From an uncultured Verrucomicrobiae bacterium (GTDB lineage Bacteria > Verrucomicrobiota > Verrucomicrobiia > Limisphaerales > Palsa-1400), in contig CAVPOM010000005.1 in assembly GCA_963707025.1 (NCBI GenBank), forward strand, positions 64,001-128,000: DNA of 64,000 nt, given 5' to 3'. This document shows positions 63,463 through 64,000 of the stretch, one piece after another. Every line of letters begins with the position of its first letter. Position 1 is the stretch's first letter. The position numbers and the translations under genes were made by a program. Under the pieces are notes generated by a model, which saw only the letters and a list, made by a program, of their open reading frames with translations, was not told the DNA's origin and searched no databases.

Positions 63463-64000
63463 GCCGCACTGTCATTCGCTTTTGGGTTTATGTGCTGCCG
63501 CTGCCGCTGTTTGTGGTGATGTATTTTGTTTGGGCGGCGTGGTCAGACAACCGGGTTTTCGCGCTCTACGTGATGCTCTTGCCGTTGTTTTACGGCTACG
63601 TGGCACCCGGCATCGCCACCAACCTGTTGCACAAATGGCGGTTTAAGGGACCGTGGGTGGTGGGCAGCTATTACGCGCACCACGGCTTCATGTACTCGGC
63701 GAATTTGAGTTCCTTGCTGTTTATCGCCTTCCTGGGAACCAACCGTGAACCTCTGTCGCTCGCAACGGTGTTTCGGGTTCTGTTATGCACGGGTGCTCTC
63801 CACGGCTTCGTGGCCTGGATGCATGACATCCTGATCGTGCGCCACGGCATGGTGGAGATTTACAACCGTCCGGCCGCAGAGGGGCGGAGTCCTGAAGAAA
63901 TCGTAACGCATTACGCGCCGCTTTGTTTCTTCCTGCTCGGACTGACGTACGCGGCCGGAGCTTTGCTGGCTTTCCAAACCTTTGTGGTGCATCAACAGAC
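63459..64000 (+). CDS. Integral membrane hypothetical protein (continues past window end)
   Basis: ATGA overlap. The frame stays open to the window end: MSRTVIRFWVYVLPLPLFVVMY..GIATNLLHKWRF..YAHHGFMY..WMHDILIV.., at least 5 TM segments. Confidence 0.75.
   Translation, partial: MSRTVIRFWVYVLPLPLFVVMYFVWAAWSDNRVFALYVMLLPLFYGYVAPGIATNLLHKWRFKGPWVVGSYYAHHGFMYSANLSSLLFIAFLGTNREPLSLATVFRVLLCTGALHGFVAWMHDILIVRHGMVEIYNRPAAEGRSPEEIVTHYAPLCFFLLGLTYAAGALLAFQTFVVHQQ

Overview
GC-rich bacterial chromosome segment, most likely Verrucomicrobiota (Pedosphaera/Limisphaera-like). This assignment is inferred from the prepilin-type H-X9-DG proteins, the Ig/RCC1 exoproteins ending in a 'KF(F/Y)R' domain, and many short palindromic intergenic elements. 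The left 38.5 kb is mostly a large cluster of peptidoglycan/muropeptide-processing genes: a PBP4/DacB fused to an alpha/beta hydrolase, NamZ, an AmiE-like serine hydrolase, two C39 peptidases, an HGSNAT/NagX-like protein, Amidase_2, LdcA, an Ala-Glu epimerase, a transglutaminase-like protein, a class A beta-lactamase-like protein, a class II GATase, GH20 and a peptide-type MFS. It is interrupted by a toxin-first RES-Xre pair, a decayed defence patch (ART-like remnant, MTase remnant, wH-HNH nuclease, Bro-N), a second sugar porter, a large exoprotein and a pilin-like gene. From about 38.6 kb the DNA is mobile-element-like: a truncated type 3 BREX (brxF plus 5' brxC), xis and integrase next to a 3' tRNA-Ala(CGC) fragment (att site), and an orphan 526-aa gene. 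Next come three mosaic tandem exoproteins with BLIP-II-like propellers and a variable aromatic loop, and a translationally coupled PLP-enzyme/PAP2/ThDP-enzyme/membrane-protein operon that runs off the window. Several single-base frameshifts look like assembly errors. All calls come from motif reading by eye; no searches were run.
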